A DNA stretch of 62,761 bases, the filler included, from Trichosphaerium sp. ATCC 40318 (taxonomy: Eukaryota > Protista > Tubulinea): NCBI GenBank assembly GCA_038496445.1. It is 4 parts of 4 records of this genome, joined end to end, with 100 filler letters (N's around TTAATTAATTAA, not from the genome) between each part and the next. Parts side by side here need not be neighbours in the genome. Positions count along the whole stretch, not along the records: positions 15,472 to 39,263 come from JALMLS010000521.1; 3 more parts are not named here. The stretch is one strand, 5' to 3'. The position numbers and the translations under genes are program-made. The notes beneath the pieces were generated by a model that was not told the origin of the DNA, made no database searches, and saw nothing but the letters and a program-made list of their open reading frames with translations. Within the stretch, counting starts at the first letter, position 1; each line of letters opens with the position of its first letter. Below are positions 26,221 through 37,192 of this stretch, piece by piece.

Positions 26221-29200
26221 ATGGCAGAAACTCCAAGCTTCTCATTTGAGCGAAGTGGCTTTGAGATTACATTACAGATTATAAGAGATGATGTAATGGA
26301 GATTCAAGCTTTATCCGATTTCAATCACTTTGAGAGTGTTCTACAAGGCAACCAGGCATTAAAAGGTGATTTAAAATACAAATGCCCAACATTAGCTCAT
26401 GTTGTTAAATTATTCGAAGCTGCAGCCTCAAATGTACGTTTTTTATCGACTCATTGTGATATCCTCGTACCTTAGGTTGACTTATATTATAAATGCACTT
26501 AATAAACAGAATATTTCTACAATTACGACTTACGTTTGATCTGGATATTACAGTGGACGACACGACCTGGATTTAACTTACGCTAATATTCTCCGCCGGT
26601 TCGACGCATAATATTTTTCCTTCACGTTACACGCTCATATTGGTGGCGGAGAGGGATATATAGCAAACAGGCGATAAAACATTAAAACACGTGTTGTAAA
26701 GCAAAGGATTGCTTAAAAAGGCCAAAATCCTAGTGGGCTGGAGATAAAGCCCTCTATTACAGCTACGTACCTGTCCAAATTAACAAACGAATATTCTATT
26801 TCTCTTTTAAAAAAAAATGTCTCAAAACACTGAAGATCGTTTAAAACAACTCGAATCACGCTTTAATTCGTTGGAAGGGTTTTTACGCGAAAGATTGGCA
26901 CCAGCAACACCTGCTCGCAGTATACCATTACACCGATCATCCACGCCATACCAGACGCCTACTACGAGAATCTCATTACAAACTCCTGGCTCTCCATATA
27001 TTCCTGTCCCAACTACCCAAACGACAGCAATGCCTAGACCTTACAACGACAGAACTTTGCGAGTTATTACGGATCAATCCCAACTCAACACCCAAATCGA
27101 AAATTTGGCCATTTCTACCGAAACGCAAGAGCGTATCAAACAAAGTATTCAGGAACAATTAAAGAAGCTGGACATACCACTACAGATTAGCGACATTAGC
27201 AAACACGTTGAAGAAGTCATTGGCCTCGCTGTTTCTGTAGCTGCTGAAGAGATCGCCGACAAACTAAAAGAAGAAATATATGATATTTTAGAAGACAATA
27301 CCAAAGACGAGACTATATCACTTCCTACAACAACTCCAACATCTGATAAAACTCCTCCACCACCACCAAATAAACCAAGTACTGGTGGTACAGCTACAAT
27401 ACCACCATCAACATACAAGCCAGCTAGAATTTCTCTTTCGAAACCTCCTCCGACATTTCAAAATTTTGATCCTGATGCATCAGCGCAAGGACAGCTCATA
27501 TCTCTCCTCTCCGTTCTCTTGCCTTTATTCAACGCTCAAAACGTGGTACAAGACATTGTAAAACCTTTTGACGGTACTCCAAGCCGTGTTAGGTTATTCG
27601 GACATCAACTACAACAATACAACGCCAGTACAAATATTTCAGATTCGGCATTATCAAGTTTTATGATTAACAAGTTAAAGGGCACAGCTGAAAAATGGTA
27701 TGAGAACAACTATAACGGAGTAGCTGAATTACCACACCCGCAAGCGCTGTTGGATCACATCATTACAGAGTTTGAAGGAAAGTACGATTACGATGAAGTC
27801 ATGAGAAATTACCGAGATTTCTCTCAAGGAGAAGATATTTCTTTCAACGATTATTATCAAGAAAAGATGCTATTGGCTAAACACGCTGGAGTCAATCCTC
27901 ACGGAAAAGGATTTTATGACGAATTATTGGCAAAGATGAAAGACTCTTTACGAACCGCTGTTATCAATCAAGGAGAACCTACGGACAACAATGTCACCGA
28001 ATTATTACAGATAGCAGAAAAAGAAGAATTGAAGGCAAAAAGAATCGAACGATACAAGAAAACTACAAAGAAGGCAACTACAAAGAATACTTCCACACCT
28101 TCAAAGACGACTCCAAGAACCCAGAAATATACAAAGGAAGAATGGGAGAAGCGCTTATTAGATAAAACCCAAAAACCGAATGAAGGCAGGTGGATTTGGT
28201 GTAATCATCACGCGAAATGGGGACGTCACAAAGAAGAAAAATGTATGTTAAACAAAACAACAGTGAGAACCAACGCTTCAACACCAACGCCTCAACCGGT
28301 TGTACAACAACCAGGAACACCGATGCCAAGTTATTGGCCTCACTATCAATCAGTACAGTATCAACAACCTCCGTCAAACATGTCAATGCCAACTGGTCCT
28401 TCCCCCGTATCTACAGTACCTTCTCCTAGTGCTCCAGCACAATCTCCTTTGAATACTCAACCTCTACCCTCAACTCAGATGCATGTGCTGCCTCCTTATT
28501 TCTCGTATCCAATGGCAAGTCAATTTCCAGCGCCAAATGCCAACAGTAACACTGTAAACCAAACTAGTTTAGATAAAACTTTTTCAGCTTATGTTGTCGT
28601 TCGTATTAATGGAAAATCAATCCTTGCTTTAGTAGATAGCGGTGCTTCACACACCCTAATTAGTTTAAAGGCTGCACATGACATAGGACTGAGAACCTAC
28701 AAACCATACAAGCTAAACTCAATGGCTGCCAACGGTAAGCCCTTACCTCTTATTGGTTATACAAAACAACCATTACAATTTGAATTTCCAATTTTTAAAA
28801 CAAAATTCTCGCCATTAATAGCAAAGAACTTATCAGAACCAATGTTATTGGGCCGTGACTTTTTAGCTCAGACTGGAGCCTCTATAAACATTTCGAAAAA
28901 ACTATTTTCTTTACCAAATGGTCAACATATCCCTTTAGTGGATGAACTTCCTCCTGAAACACAACTACGCTCTAGTTTATGTCGTCTTACAAAAGATGTT
29001 ACAATACCTCCTTTTTCTCCCGCTATTCTAGAAGTAAAAGCAAAACATTTTCGTCATGGTTCACAAGGCATAAATCAAGCCACCATACAATTTCTAAAAA
29101 AACACAAAGGTTTAAGCGGATCTCATACACTCACTATGCAAGAAGCAGATGGTCGCTTATTATATGAGGTTGTTAACGCTAGTCCTTCTTACATTACTCT

Positions 29201-32200
29201 AAATGCTAATGAAATTGTTTCCATTTTTGAACCTGTTACATCAACAAAACATGCTATTAGTGTTGATAGCCGTGAAGATGTCATACGTGTAAAAACTAAT
29301 GCGTCAAATGCTGATTTTGAAAAAACACGTGAACACATCAAGGAAGCTATCAAATTTTTTAAAGACTTTAAACCTTCTTTACAAGTTGCAAAACGTATAC
29401 ACAAATTATTTTCAAAACAATTAGAAAAAGCACAAGTTGATGATGAACAAAGAAAAATCCTTTTTAATCTGCTTTGTTTCTTTGAAACTGAATTCTCAGA
29501 TGAGATTACTGAGGTGAATGATACTGCCGTCAAATTTGAAATTGATACTGGCAATGCTAAACCACTACATCAACCTCCAAGACGTTTTCCTCCTCACTAT
29601 CACGAATTTATCAAAGATTTTATTAAAAAGTTTACTCGCCATGGTTTAATTCGACCATCTAAGTCGCCTTGGGCGGCACCTATTGTAATTGTTAAAAAGA
29701 AAGATGGCACTTTACGATTTTGTATAGATTATAGGTCTTTGAACTCAGTGACAAAGCGTGATGTATACCCACTCCCAAGGGTAGATGATGCATTAGACGC
29801 TCTCATAGGCTCAGTCTATTTCTCAATAATGGATGCTACCAGTGGGTTTCATCAGCTAAAGATAGCAAGAAACTCCATTGAGAAAACAGCCTTTATCGAC
29901 AAATCTGGACTCTACGAATGGGTTGTAATGCCCATGGGTGTATCCAATGCACCTGCAACTTGGCAAAGGTACGTAAACCTAGTTCTTTCTGGTTTAAATT
30001 GGCAACATTGCCTTGTATATATTGACGACATTATCGTCTTTTCAAAAACTTTTGAGGAACATATTTATAGTTTGAAATTAGTTCTTGAACGTGTGCGACA
30101 ACACAAAATTAAACTAAAACCAAAAAAATGTTCTTTCTTTTTACACGAAGTTGAGTACTTGGGGTTTTTGGTCTCTGAAGACGGCATAAGACCTCACCCT
30201 GATAAAATTGAAGCCATTGTTAAAATGAACGCTCCCTCTGATGTTTCTGGTGTTCGTTCCTTCCTAGGTATGGCCACTTACTATTCACGTTTTGTTCGAA
30301 TGTTATCTGCTGCAGCATCGCCTCTGAGAGCACTATTAAAAAAAGGTGTAGACTTCTTCTGGGGACCTCACCAAGCTAAAGCTTTTAAAGATATTAAACA
30401 AGCGTTAACTTCTGCCCCTTGTTTAGCATATCCTAACTTTGAGAAGCCGTTTGAGTTACACACTGATGCGTGTAATATTGGTATAGGTGCTACTCTAGTA
30501 CAAAAAGATGATTTCGGTAATGAAAGAGTCATAGCTTATTATTCACGTGCTTTAAATATTCATGAGCAACGCTATCATACTCATTTGCTGGAAGCATTAG
30601 CAGTAGTAGCTGCTTGTAAGAAATTTCGCGTCTACCTGTTGTACAAACCTTTTAAAATTTACACAGATCACATTGCACTGTTAAAATTTAAACGAACATC
30701 TCACCCGGATTCAAAAATGATCCGTTGGTCTATTTACCTTTCTGAATTTGACTTTACTATTATTCATCGTAAAGGTATTTTAAACTCTGACTCAGATGCT
30801 CTGTCAAGACATCCCATACGTCCTGTTGCTGTAAATTATGTCAATATCAATGGCATAGTACACCCTGTGGGTTTTATGCACAATTTCACTCCTATTTTAC
30901 ACCCTCGAAATTCTCAATTCTTTCCAGCATATGTGAACACTTGTAAAATCCCAAAGCAACCCCGTTTACGTTTATTTTATTTACAACGACTTGACAAACA
31001 ACTGTTGGAATATATTTACTTTATTCAAGCTCCAAAAGCGTTTAAAAACTACAAAAATATTAAAAAAATCATCGCTGCTACCAAAGGTATGTTTTTAGAT
31101 GAGAGTGGTATCCTTTGTCGAAAGCGTACTCCACTACCACATGAAGAACAAACAATGAAGACTGTTATTGTAGTACCTTCAAGTATGCAAAGCGAGATCA
31201 TATCTGCCCACCATGATTCAGCCACTGCTGGTCACTTGGGCGTTACAAGAACATATAATAATGTTAAATTAAAATACTATTGGGCCGGTTTAAAACGTGA
31301 TATTGAACAACACATTCGGACTTGTGAAAAATGCCAAACTGGCAAGACCTCTAGGAGATTACCGCCAGGTGCTCCAATGCAAACAATTGAAGCAACGTTT
31401 CCGTTCCAAACTATTTCTATGGACTTGGTTGGTCCATTAACACGTACAATTAACAACCAAAACCGATGGATTCTAACCATCACTGACTATTATACACGCT
31501 ATGCCATAGCTGTATGCCTACCAGATAAAAAGTCTAAAACTGTGGCTCGTGCCTTATTTGAAAATGTTGTGTGTATATACGGTGCTCCCTCTATTGTTAT
31601 TAGTGATCAAGGAGGAGAATTTGAAGGCATTGTAGAAGAGCTTTGTGACCTATGCAATGTTGATAAACGTACAACTGTAGCATATCACCCTCAAGCGAAT
31701 GGGTTAGTTGAGAGATTTAATCATACTTTAATACAAATGATAAAAATGTTTATTACTGACTATCAAACTGATTGGGACCAATATGTTCAATCATGCGTCT
31801 TTGCGTATAATACAACACAACACTCTGAATTGAAACAATCACCCTATTATTTAGTTTTTGGTCATCACGCTACTACTCCCCTAGACCAAGCAATGGATTG
31901 CCTACCAAGACAAGGTGATCATACACTTGACTCATGGACTCGAAAAGTCTCCTTGGCTTTAAAGCGATCACGATCATTGGCTGAAGAAGCTCGTTCAAAT
32001 GCTTATTTACGACAGTCTAAAAGATATAACCAACGAAGAAGAAAAGAAATATATGCGGTTGGCGATTACGTACTCTTACTACGAAAACGAAAGATAGAAT
32101 ATGGATACACGCATAAATTTGTACACATGTGGGAAGGACCATTCAAAGTCATCAAGGTCCTCAACAAAGGCTTGGATTATCAACTGGCTTATTCAAATGG

Positions 32201-34249
32201 CGATATTGATGAAAAAGTATACAATGTAGATCGACTAAGACGATATCACAAACGAAAGAATGACATTTCAACAGATGATAACAATCAAGACAAAGAAATT
32301 TTAGAAAATATACAAGATACACCTCCTATTCCTATTCCAGCATCAAGTGAACCTCAAGGAACTTTGGGACGACAATATTTCAGACGTACTAAGAAGGAAC
32401 TGGGATTCCGAGAATTACAACACATCCTACAATCAACAGCAAGCGCAATGGAAGATTATTATGACAACGACTTACTTAACAAAAAACGGATTACAGTCTA
32501 CCATCAACAGCTCATGGGTATTCTAGGAGACAGTGCTGCCGGCTTTATCCCACGTTCATCACGTCAAAAGAAATTTTTGAAAGAGCTCAAGATTGCTGCG
32601 AAAACAGGTAAAGGATTGATTGCGTACGTTCGTAAACTTGCAGATGAATTTGATACGCAATTTGCCGTTGAGCTCGCGTCAAAACTTATTAACACCGTAA
32701 CACTTGCTACTGGTGAGTCACGTAAAACGCCCTGCATTGCAGAAGAGCGTAGGACTCCACTAGACGGGTACTGTCACGCTCATAATAAGGGCTACCTAAA
32801 GAGGGCAGTGGTTCCAGTAGATAGGACGCGACAGTCGCTACTGCAAAACAGACGTTTAAATGAGCAACCTTGGCCAATCGTACTGGATTACGGTTCGTCC
32901 TTGACTAAGTAAGCCTCATACGTTCCCAAGCAAAAACCTAAAGTTTACGAGTATTATTTTTATTTCCTGCCTTACGACTTATGTGAATCTCCACTACCAT
33001 TTCAATGCTTATTTGACTTTTCACATTGACGGATGCGTTTGATTCAGTGAGGGAGTGTGATATCCTCGTACCTTAGGTTGACTTATATTATAAATGCACT
33101 TAATAAACAGAATATTTCTACAATTACGACTTACGTTTGATCTGGATATTACACTCATTACATTCAATGCGACTTTAATTCAAAGGCCCATAACCAAAAA
33201 TTTGTCTTTGCTTGTTTTTATTAAGCCAATTTATTGACCAACGGTACATTCCACGCATGCCTTCACTCAGGCATGAAGCACAACAAACACTAAGAGTTAC
33301 AATAGTTTACCGTTAAACGATAGTAATACGTGGTTGAACCATACCTGCTGTACAAAGGGGTTCATGGCTATTTTTTGTTGTTAGTTTTTTTTTTAACTTG
33401 TTTGCTTTTAGTTGGGAGGACTCAAGTTGTCAGTTCAAGTTGAAGGAAGCGAGTTATTGATTGTCGTTGATGAAGTTGATGTGTTGGATGTTACAAGAAA
33501 GTACACATTTAAACTAACTAAAAGTGGAGACAAGGAAAAGATCATTGAAACTACAGTTAGTCTCTATTCTATTTGCCTGTTATTCTCCACTGATACAGTA
33601 CAATTGAATAGGTCAGCAAATTGATATCACGTGTCAAAAAGCTAGAATTGCATGAGTCGCAACCATTTCGGTTTTCAGAGAAGGATAAACACCCTAATTT
33701 GTCAGTTTATGGAGGCAATACTTTTGTAAAGTACACCGCCAATGGAAATACCAGTTGTCTTGTTGAAGGAGAATTTTGTTGTGGTGTTCACTACACTGCC
33801 TACAAGTACGATCAGAGTTGTATTCATTTGTTATTAACAATAATACTATCAAGGATTATAAAAGGTGGCAACAATGATATTATGATTGGTGTAGTGCCAT
33901 CCAAAGGGTTTTCACTTAAAAACTATCCAGGCGCTGGGAAAAATGCTAGTGGTGCATCTATTTGTGGTGCTAATGGTAAAGTGTACTATTCAGACAAGGG
34001 TGAAAATAAGGGAGGATCAGTATTCACAACAGGTATGTCTGTAAGTTGTATCTGTTTATCATTTTTATGTGTTGTGTAAAAGGTGATATTGTTGGTGTCA
34101 CACTTGATATGAACAGAAAGTGTGTAGCATTTCACGTGAATGAAAAAACCTCTCAATCAATAAATCTTGTTGGTGATTCATATAGGTTTAGTGTGAACGT
34201 GTACAACACTGGTATGGTTGTGCAGCTATTGCCATATTTGTGTTACTAA
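26221..34249 (+). CDS. SPRY/B30.2-domain protein whose intron 1 contains the retrotransposon
   Basis: Exon 1 ends at 26433 (donor GTACGT) and exon 2 resumes in frame at 33412. SPRY motifs: GVHY..IMIGV..FTTGDIVGVTLDMNRKCVAFHVN. Confidence 0.75.
26455..26552 (+). repeat. 5' LTR (98 bp)
   Basis: TGTGATATCC...GGATATTACA, identical to 33056-33153. Confidence 0.95.
26817..32912 (+). CDS. Gag-Pol polyprotein, single ORF of 2031 aa
   Basis: Gag capsid (PFDGT..KLKGTAEKWY), protease LVDSGA, RT (LRFCIDYR, MPMG, YIDD), RNase H (TDAC, YTDH), integrase (HHCC, MDLVGP, SDQGGEF, NGLVERFN), WEGPFKV. Confidence 0.97.
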   Translation: MSQNTEDRLKQLESRFNSLEGFLRERLAPATPARSIPLHRSSTPYQTPTTRISLQTPGSPYIPVPTTQTTAMPRPYNDRTLRVITDQSQLNTQIENLAISTETQERIKQSIQEQLKKLDIPLQISDISKHVEEVIGLAVSVAAEEIADKLKEEIYDILEDNTKDETISLPTTTPTSDKTPPPPPNKPSTGGTATIPPSTYKPARISLSKPPPTFQNFDPDASAQGQLISLLSVLLPLFNAQNVVQDIVKPFDGTPSRVRLFGHQLQQYNASTNISDSALSSFMINKLKGTAEKWYENNYNGVAELPHPQALLDHIITEFEGKYDYDEVMRNYRDFSQGEDISFNDYYQEKMLLAKHAGVNPHGKGFYDELLAKMKDSLRTAVINQGEPTDNNVTELLQIAEKEELKAKRIERYKKTTKKATTKNTSTPSKTTPRTQKYTKEEWEKRLLDKTQKPNEGRWIWCNHHAKWGRHKEEKCMLNKTTVRTNASTPTPQPVVQQPGTPMPSYWPHYQSVQYQQPPSNMSMPTGPSPVSTVPSPSAPAQSPLNTQPLPSTQMHVLPPYFSYPMASQFPAPNANSNTVNQTSLDKTFSAYVVVRINGKSILALVDSGASHTLISLKAAHDIGLRTYKPYKLNSMAANGKPLPLIGYTKQPLQFEFPIFKTKFSPLIAKNLSEPMLLGRDFLAQTGASINISKKLFSLPNGQHIPLVDELPPETQLRSSLCRLTKDVTIPPFSPAILEVKAKHFRHGSQGINQATIQFLKKHKGLSGSHTLTMQEADGRLLYEVVNASPSYITLNANEIVSIFEPVTSTKHAISVDSREDVIRVKTNASNADFEKTREHIKEAIKFFKDFKPSLQVAKRIHKLFSKQLEKAQVDDEQRKILFNLLCFFETEFSDEITEVNDTAVKFEIDTGNAKPLHQPPRRFPPHYHEFIKDFIKKFTRHGLIRPSKSPWAAPIVIVKKKDGTLRFCIDYRSLNSVTKRDVYPLPRVDDALDALIGSVYFSIMDATSGFHQLKIARNSIEKTAFIDKSGLYEWVVMPMGVSNAPATWQRYVNLVLSGLNWQHCLVYIDDIIVFSKTFEEHIYSLKLVLERVRQHKIKLKPKKCSFFLHEVEYLGFLVSEDGIRPHPDKIEAIVKMNAPSDVSGVRSFLGMATYYSRFVRMLSAAASPLRALLKKGVDFFWGPHQAKAFKDIKQALTSAPCLAYPNFEKPFELHTDACNIGIGATLVQKDDFGNERVIAYYSRALNIHEQRYHTHLLEALAVVAACKKFRVYLLYKPFKIYTDHIALLKFKRTSHPDSKMIRWSIYLSEFDFTIIHRKGILNSDSDALSRHPIRPVAVNYVNINGIVHPVGFMHNFTPILHPRNSQFFPAYVNTCKIPKQPRLRLFYLQRLDKQLLEYIYFIQAPKAFKNYKNIKKIIAATKGMFLDESGILCRKRTPLPHEEQTMKTVIVVPSSMQSEIISAHHDSATAGHLGVTRTYNNVKLKYYWAGLKRDIEQHIRTCEKCQTGKTSRRLPPGAPMQTIEATFPFQTISMDLVGPLTRTINNQNRWILTITDYYTRYAIAVCLPDKKSKTVARALFENVVCIYGAPSIVISDQGGEFEGIVEELCDLCNVDKRTTVAYHPQANGLVERFNHTLIQMIKMFITDYQTDWDQYVQSCVFAYNTTQHSELKQSPYYLVFGHHATTPLDQAMDCLPRQGDHTLDSWTRKVSLALKRSRSLAEEARSNAYLRQSKRYNQRRRKEIYAVGDYVLLLRKRKIEYGYTHKFVHMWEGPFKVIKVLNKGLDYQLAYSNGDIDEKVYNVDRLRRYHKRKNDISTDDNNQDKEILENIQDTPPIPIPASSEPQGTLGRQYFRRTKKELGFRELQHILQSTASAMEDYYDNDLLNKKRITVYHQQLMGILGDSAAGFIPRSSRQKKFLKELKIAAKTGKGLIAYVRKLADEFDTQFAVELASKLINTVTLATGESRKTPCIAEERRTPLDGYCHAHNKGYLKRAVVPVDRTRQSLLQNRRLNEQPWPIVLDYGSSLTK
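33056..33153 (+). repeat. 3' LTR (98 bp)
   Basis: Identical to the 5' LTR and followed by TSD CTCAT. Confidence 0.95.
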
Positions 34250-34438
34250 AACATACAGATGTACTTCTTTTATAATTGCAATAAAATATTTTGAACACGT
34301 GTTGTCCATACTACCTTCGAACTATGCTTACAGACTACAAGGGTGGATATTTGAGTAATTACAATGAATGATGCAACAATATCAACTTTTTTTTTTGCTG
34401 AGTCAAGTTATTTTTTATTATTAGACACTTTTCATTTT

Positions 34439-36697
34439 TTAACCCCATTGATGTAATAATGCCTTTAGTTCTGGTTTATCAGTCATTTGAATAGCTGTTT
34501 GTTCCTAAATATTAAGCATGAGTACACAAAACAAACACGTGGGTTTTTTTCCCTCCAAAAAAGAAGGAGCTATCAGTACCTTGTCATTCTCAATATCGGC
34601 ATCAGCGCCAGCCTCCAAAAGAAGCTTCATAATCTCCAAATGTCCTTTGCTTGTTGCTACCATTAAAGCAGTATTACCAGACTTATTCTTTGTATCAATA
34701 GATGCCCCAGCAGCAAGTATAGCAACAACACATTCTTTAAGACCTTTAAAGCACGCCAACATTAAAGCAGTAGCACCCTAAACAAAAAACAACAAATATT
34801 AGACCACAACCAACAATACACAAAAAAAATGAAGTATTGTCTGTGTATCATTCAAGTTAAATCATGCAATGACAATTGATGTAGAAAAATCAATTTTGGT
34901 GACATTTATGATTATATTTTTTGAAAGTTTTTTTTTTATTTGGTTGGTTTTTTTTCTTCCTTTTGTACGTACGTAAATTGGATCTGCGTCCTCTACAGTG
35001 GCACCAGCCTTCAGGAGTATAAGTACCATGTCTGCAAAACCTTTGGTTGAAGCAGCCATTAAAGCTGTGTAACCCTAGAATGAGATCAATACACGTTTAA
35101 TTTAATGACCCTTTTTGAGTATCTTACAGAAAAAAAAAAAAACAAATCGAGTGCGTACCTGGTTGCTCACGTGATTAACATTCGATAATGGTAAAAGATA
35201 CTCAAGAACTTCTTTTCTCTCATAGAAAGCAGCAGCAATCAATGGAGTATTACCCTAAAGAGTAACACTATTTAGAAAAAAAAATAGATAATCAGATGGG
35301 TTGTTTTTTTACATACGTGTTTGTTTGTTGTATTGACATCAGCCTTGTACTCTAACAATAATTTTACAACATCCAATTGTCCATGTAAAGAAGCACGCAT
35401 TAATGCTGTATCACCCTAATATATATATTAATATCAACACTCATGCGAGAGACTAAAAACAAAAACAAAAGTTGGGGGTTTTGTCACCTTTTGTGATTTC
35501 AATTCAGTGTTGGCTTTGTGCTCTAGTAGCATCTTTATAATATTCAAAGATCCTTGTTGACAAGCCCATAATAGCGGTGTATCGCCCTAAGATATTGTTA
35601 TCGAAACTAAGTGACATGAAAACGAACAAAAAAATTTAAAAACAAACCTTCTTCGAACAAGCATTTGGATCAGCTTTTCTTTCCAACAACTTTTTGACAA
35701 CATCATCAAGTCCTGTCAATGCAGCCCATAATAGAGGTGTCTCTCCCTTTAAAAAAACAACAATAAACACGTATAAAATAATAACACGTGAAAAAGTCTG
35801 AAAAAGAGGCCGACAGGCGACCAAAAAGAGGAGTTTTCAAAAAAGTTTTTTGGTTTGAAGACTCACAAAACTATTCGCCTTGTTGGTATCAATATTCTCT
35901 AGAGATAGCGCCCAGTTGATTATAGGTACATGCTTTGCCCTACAAGCCCAAAGAAGCATACCATTACCCTAACGACAAAAACAAGTAAATATACGTGACC
36001 ACTACGCGCGTAACGGAAAAATAATTTCAACAAAAAAGACTACACTCTTATCAAATTGATTTCTCACCTGGTTGTTTACAGCAGAAGGATCTGCGCCTGC
36101 CTTTTCAAGAGCTTTTATGTATTCTAAATGACCTTGAACTGCCGCAGCTGTCAATGCAGTGTAACCCTAATTTAGAGAGGCGTAAACGGGTCAAACGGGT
36201 AGTGTGAGTACGAACCTCGCTGTTTTTGGCGTCTAGTTCGGCACCTGCTTTAATGAGTAGTTCTGCTGTTGAAATATGTCCCTCCATGGCAGTAGCAATG
36301 AGTGGAGTAACCCCCTAACGGATTGTAAGCGGATTTTTGAAGGTCTTTGTTTGATGGTTCAGATAAACGCTCTGTTTGGTTGGTTTTTTTGAATAGAGAA
36401 ACGTAGGCGTACGTCTTTTGCGCTTGCATTGCAATTTGCTCCTTTTTCAATTAAAAGACTGACTATTTCGTTATGAGGTGCTATCGCAGCTGATATTAAC
36501 GCCGTGTATCCCTTTTTATACACTTAGCCCCTTTTTTAATTTTTTTTTTGTTCCCGCACTTCAACATCAGCTTGTTCAATCGCCTCGCCACCCTCTAGAA
36601 GCTGTTTAACCTTTGCTAAATCCCCAGCGTCTGCTGCATCTACAAGAGGTGATGAAACTGGCTTTGGTTTTGGTTTTCTCTTTGAACGAATAATCAT
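34439..36697 (-). CDS. Ankyrin-repeat protein (~11-12 repeats)
   Basis: Repeated G-x-T-[PA]-L-x-x-A...G....V..LL..GA units. Confidence 0.9.
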
Positions 36698-37192
36698 ATT
36701 GAGGCTTCTACGTCTTGTTATCTACTTTGACAGTTGTACTGGACCTGTTGTGACTTTGCTTCCGAAAGAATGTTTCTGACAAAGAAAAAAGTGGTTAGGT
36801 GTTTTCGAGTTCTACTAAACTGAAGAAATGAGTCGCACTCTGGATTTACATTAATCACCGAAAAGAACCCTGACTCATGGTAACAACCCAACAACTGCCT
36901 GTTAGTCACCACTTGGCTACTTGGAATTGTAGTCCGAATCAGCACCTTGGTTGCAGAGGCGTTGAATGGCACGCCGATTGTGTTGCTGTACAACTTCTGT
37001 TTTTGGAATAATAATACAATAAAACCATCGTCACATGATTGCTACGTATTAGCAACAATCACCTAGCAACATTTTTCTTGATGAATTGTTCATGGCTAGT
37101 AGTGGGTAACTTAAATATTGGTAAAAAAGGCAAAAAAGACGCGGTTTTACCGTTTCTTCCACTCGGACTAGTACGCTACACTAATCGAATGA

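Larger units (their letters stand above)
26455..33153 (+). mobile_element. Full-length Ty3/Gypsy LTR retrotransposon
   Basis: Identical LTRs (TG..CA), TSD CTCAT (26450-26454 and 33154-33158), purine tract GAGGGAG before the 3' LTR, domain order PR-RT-RH-IN. Confidence 0.97.
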
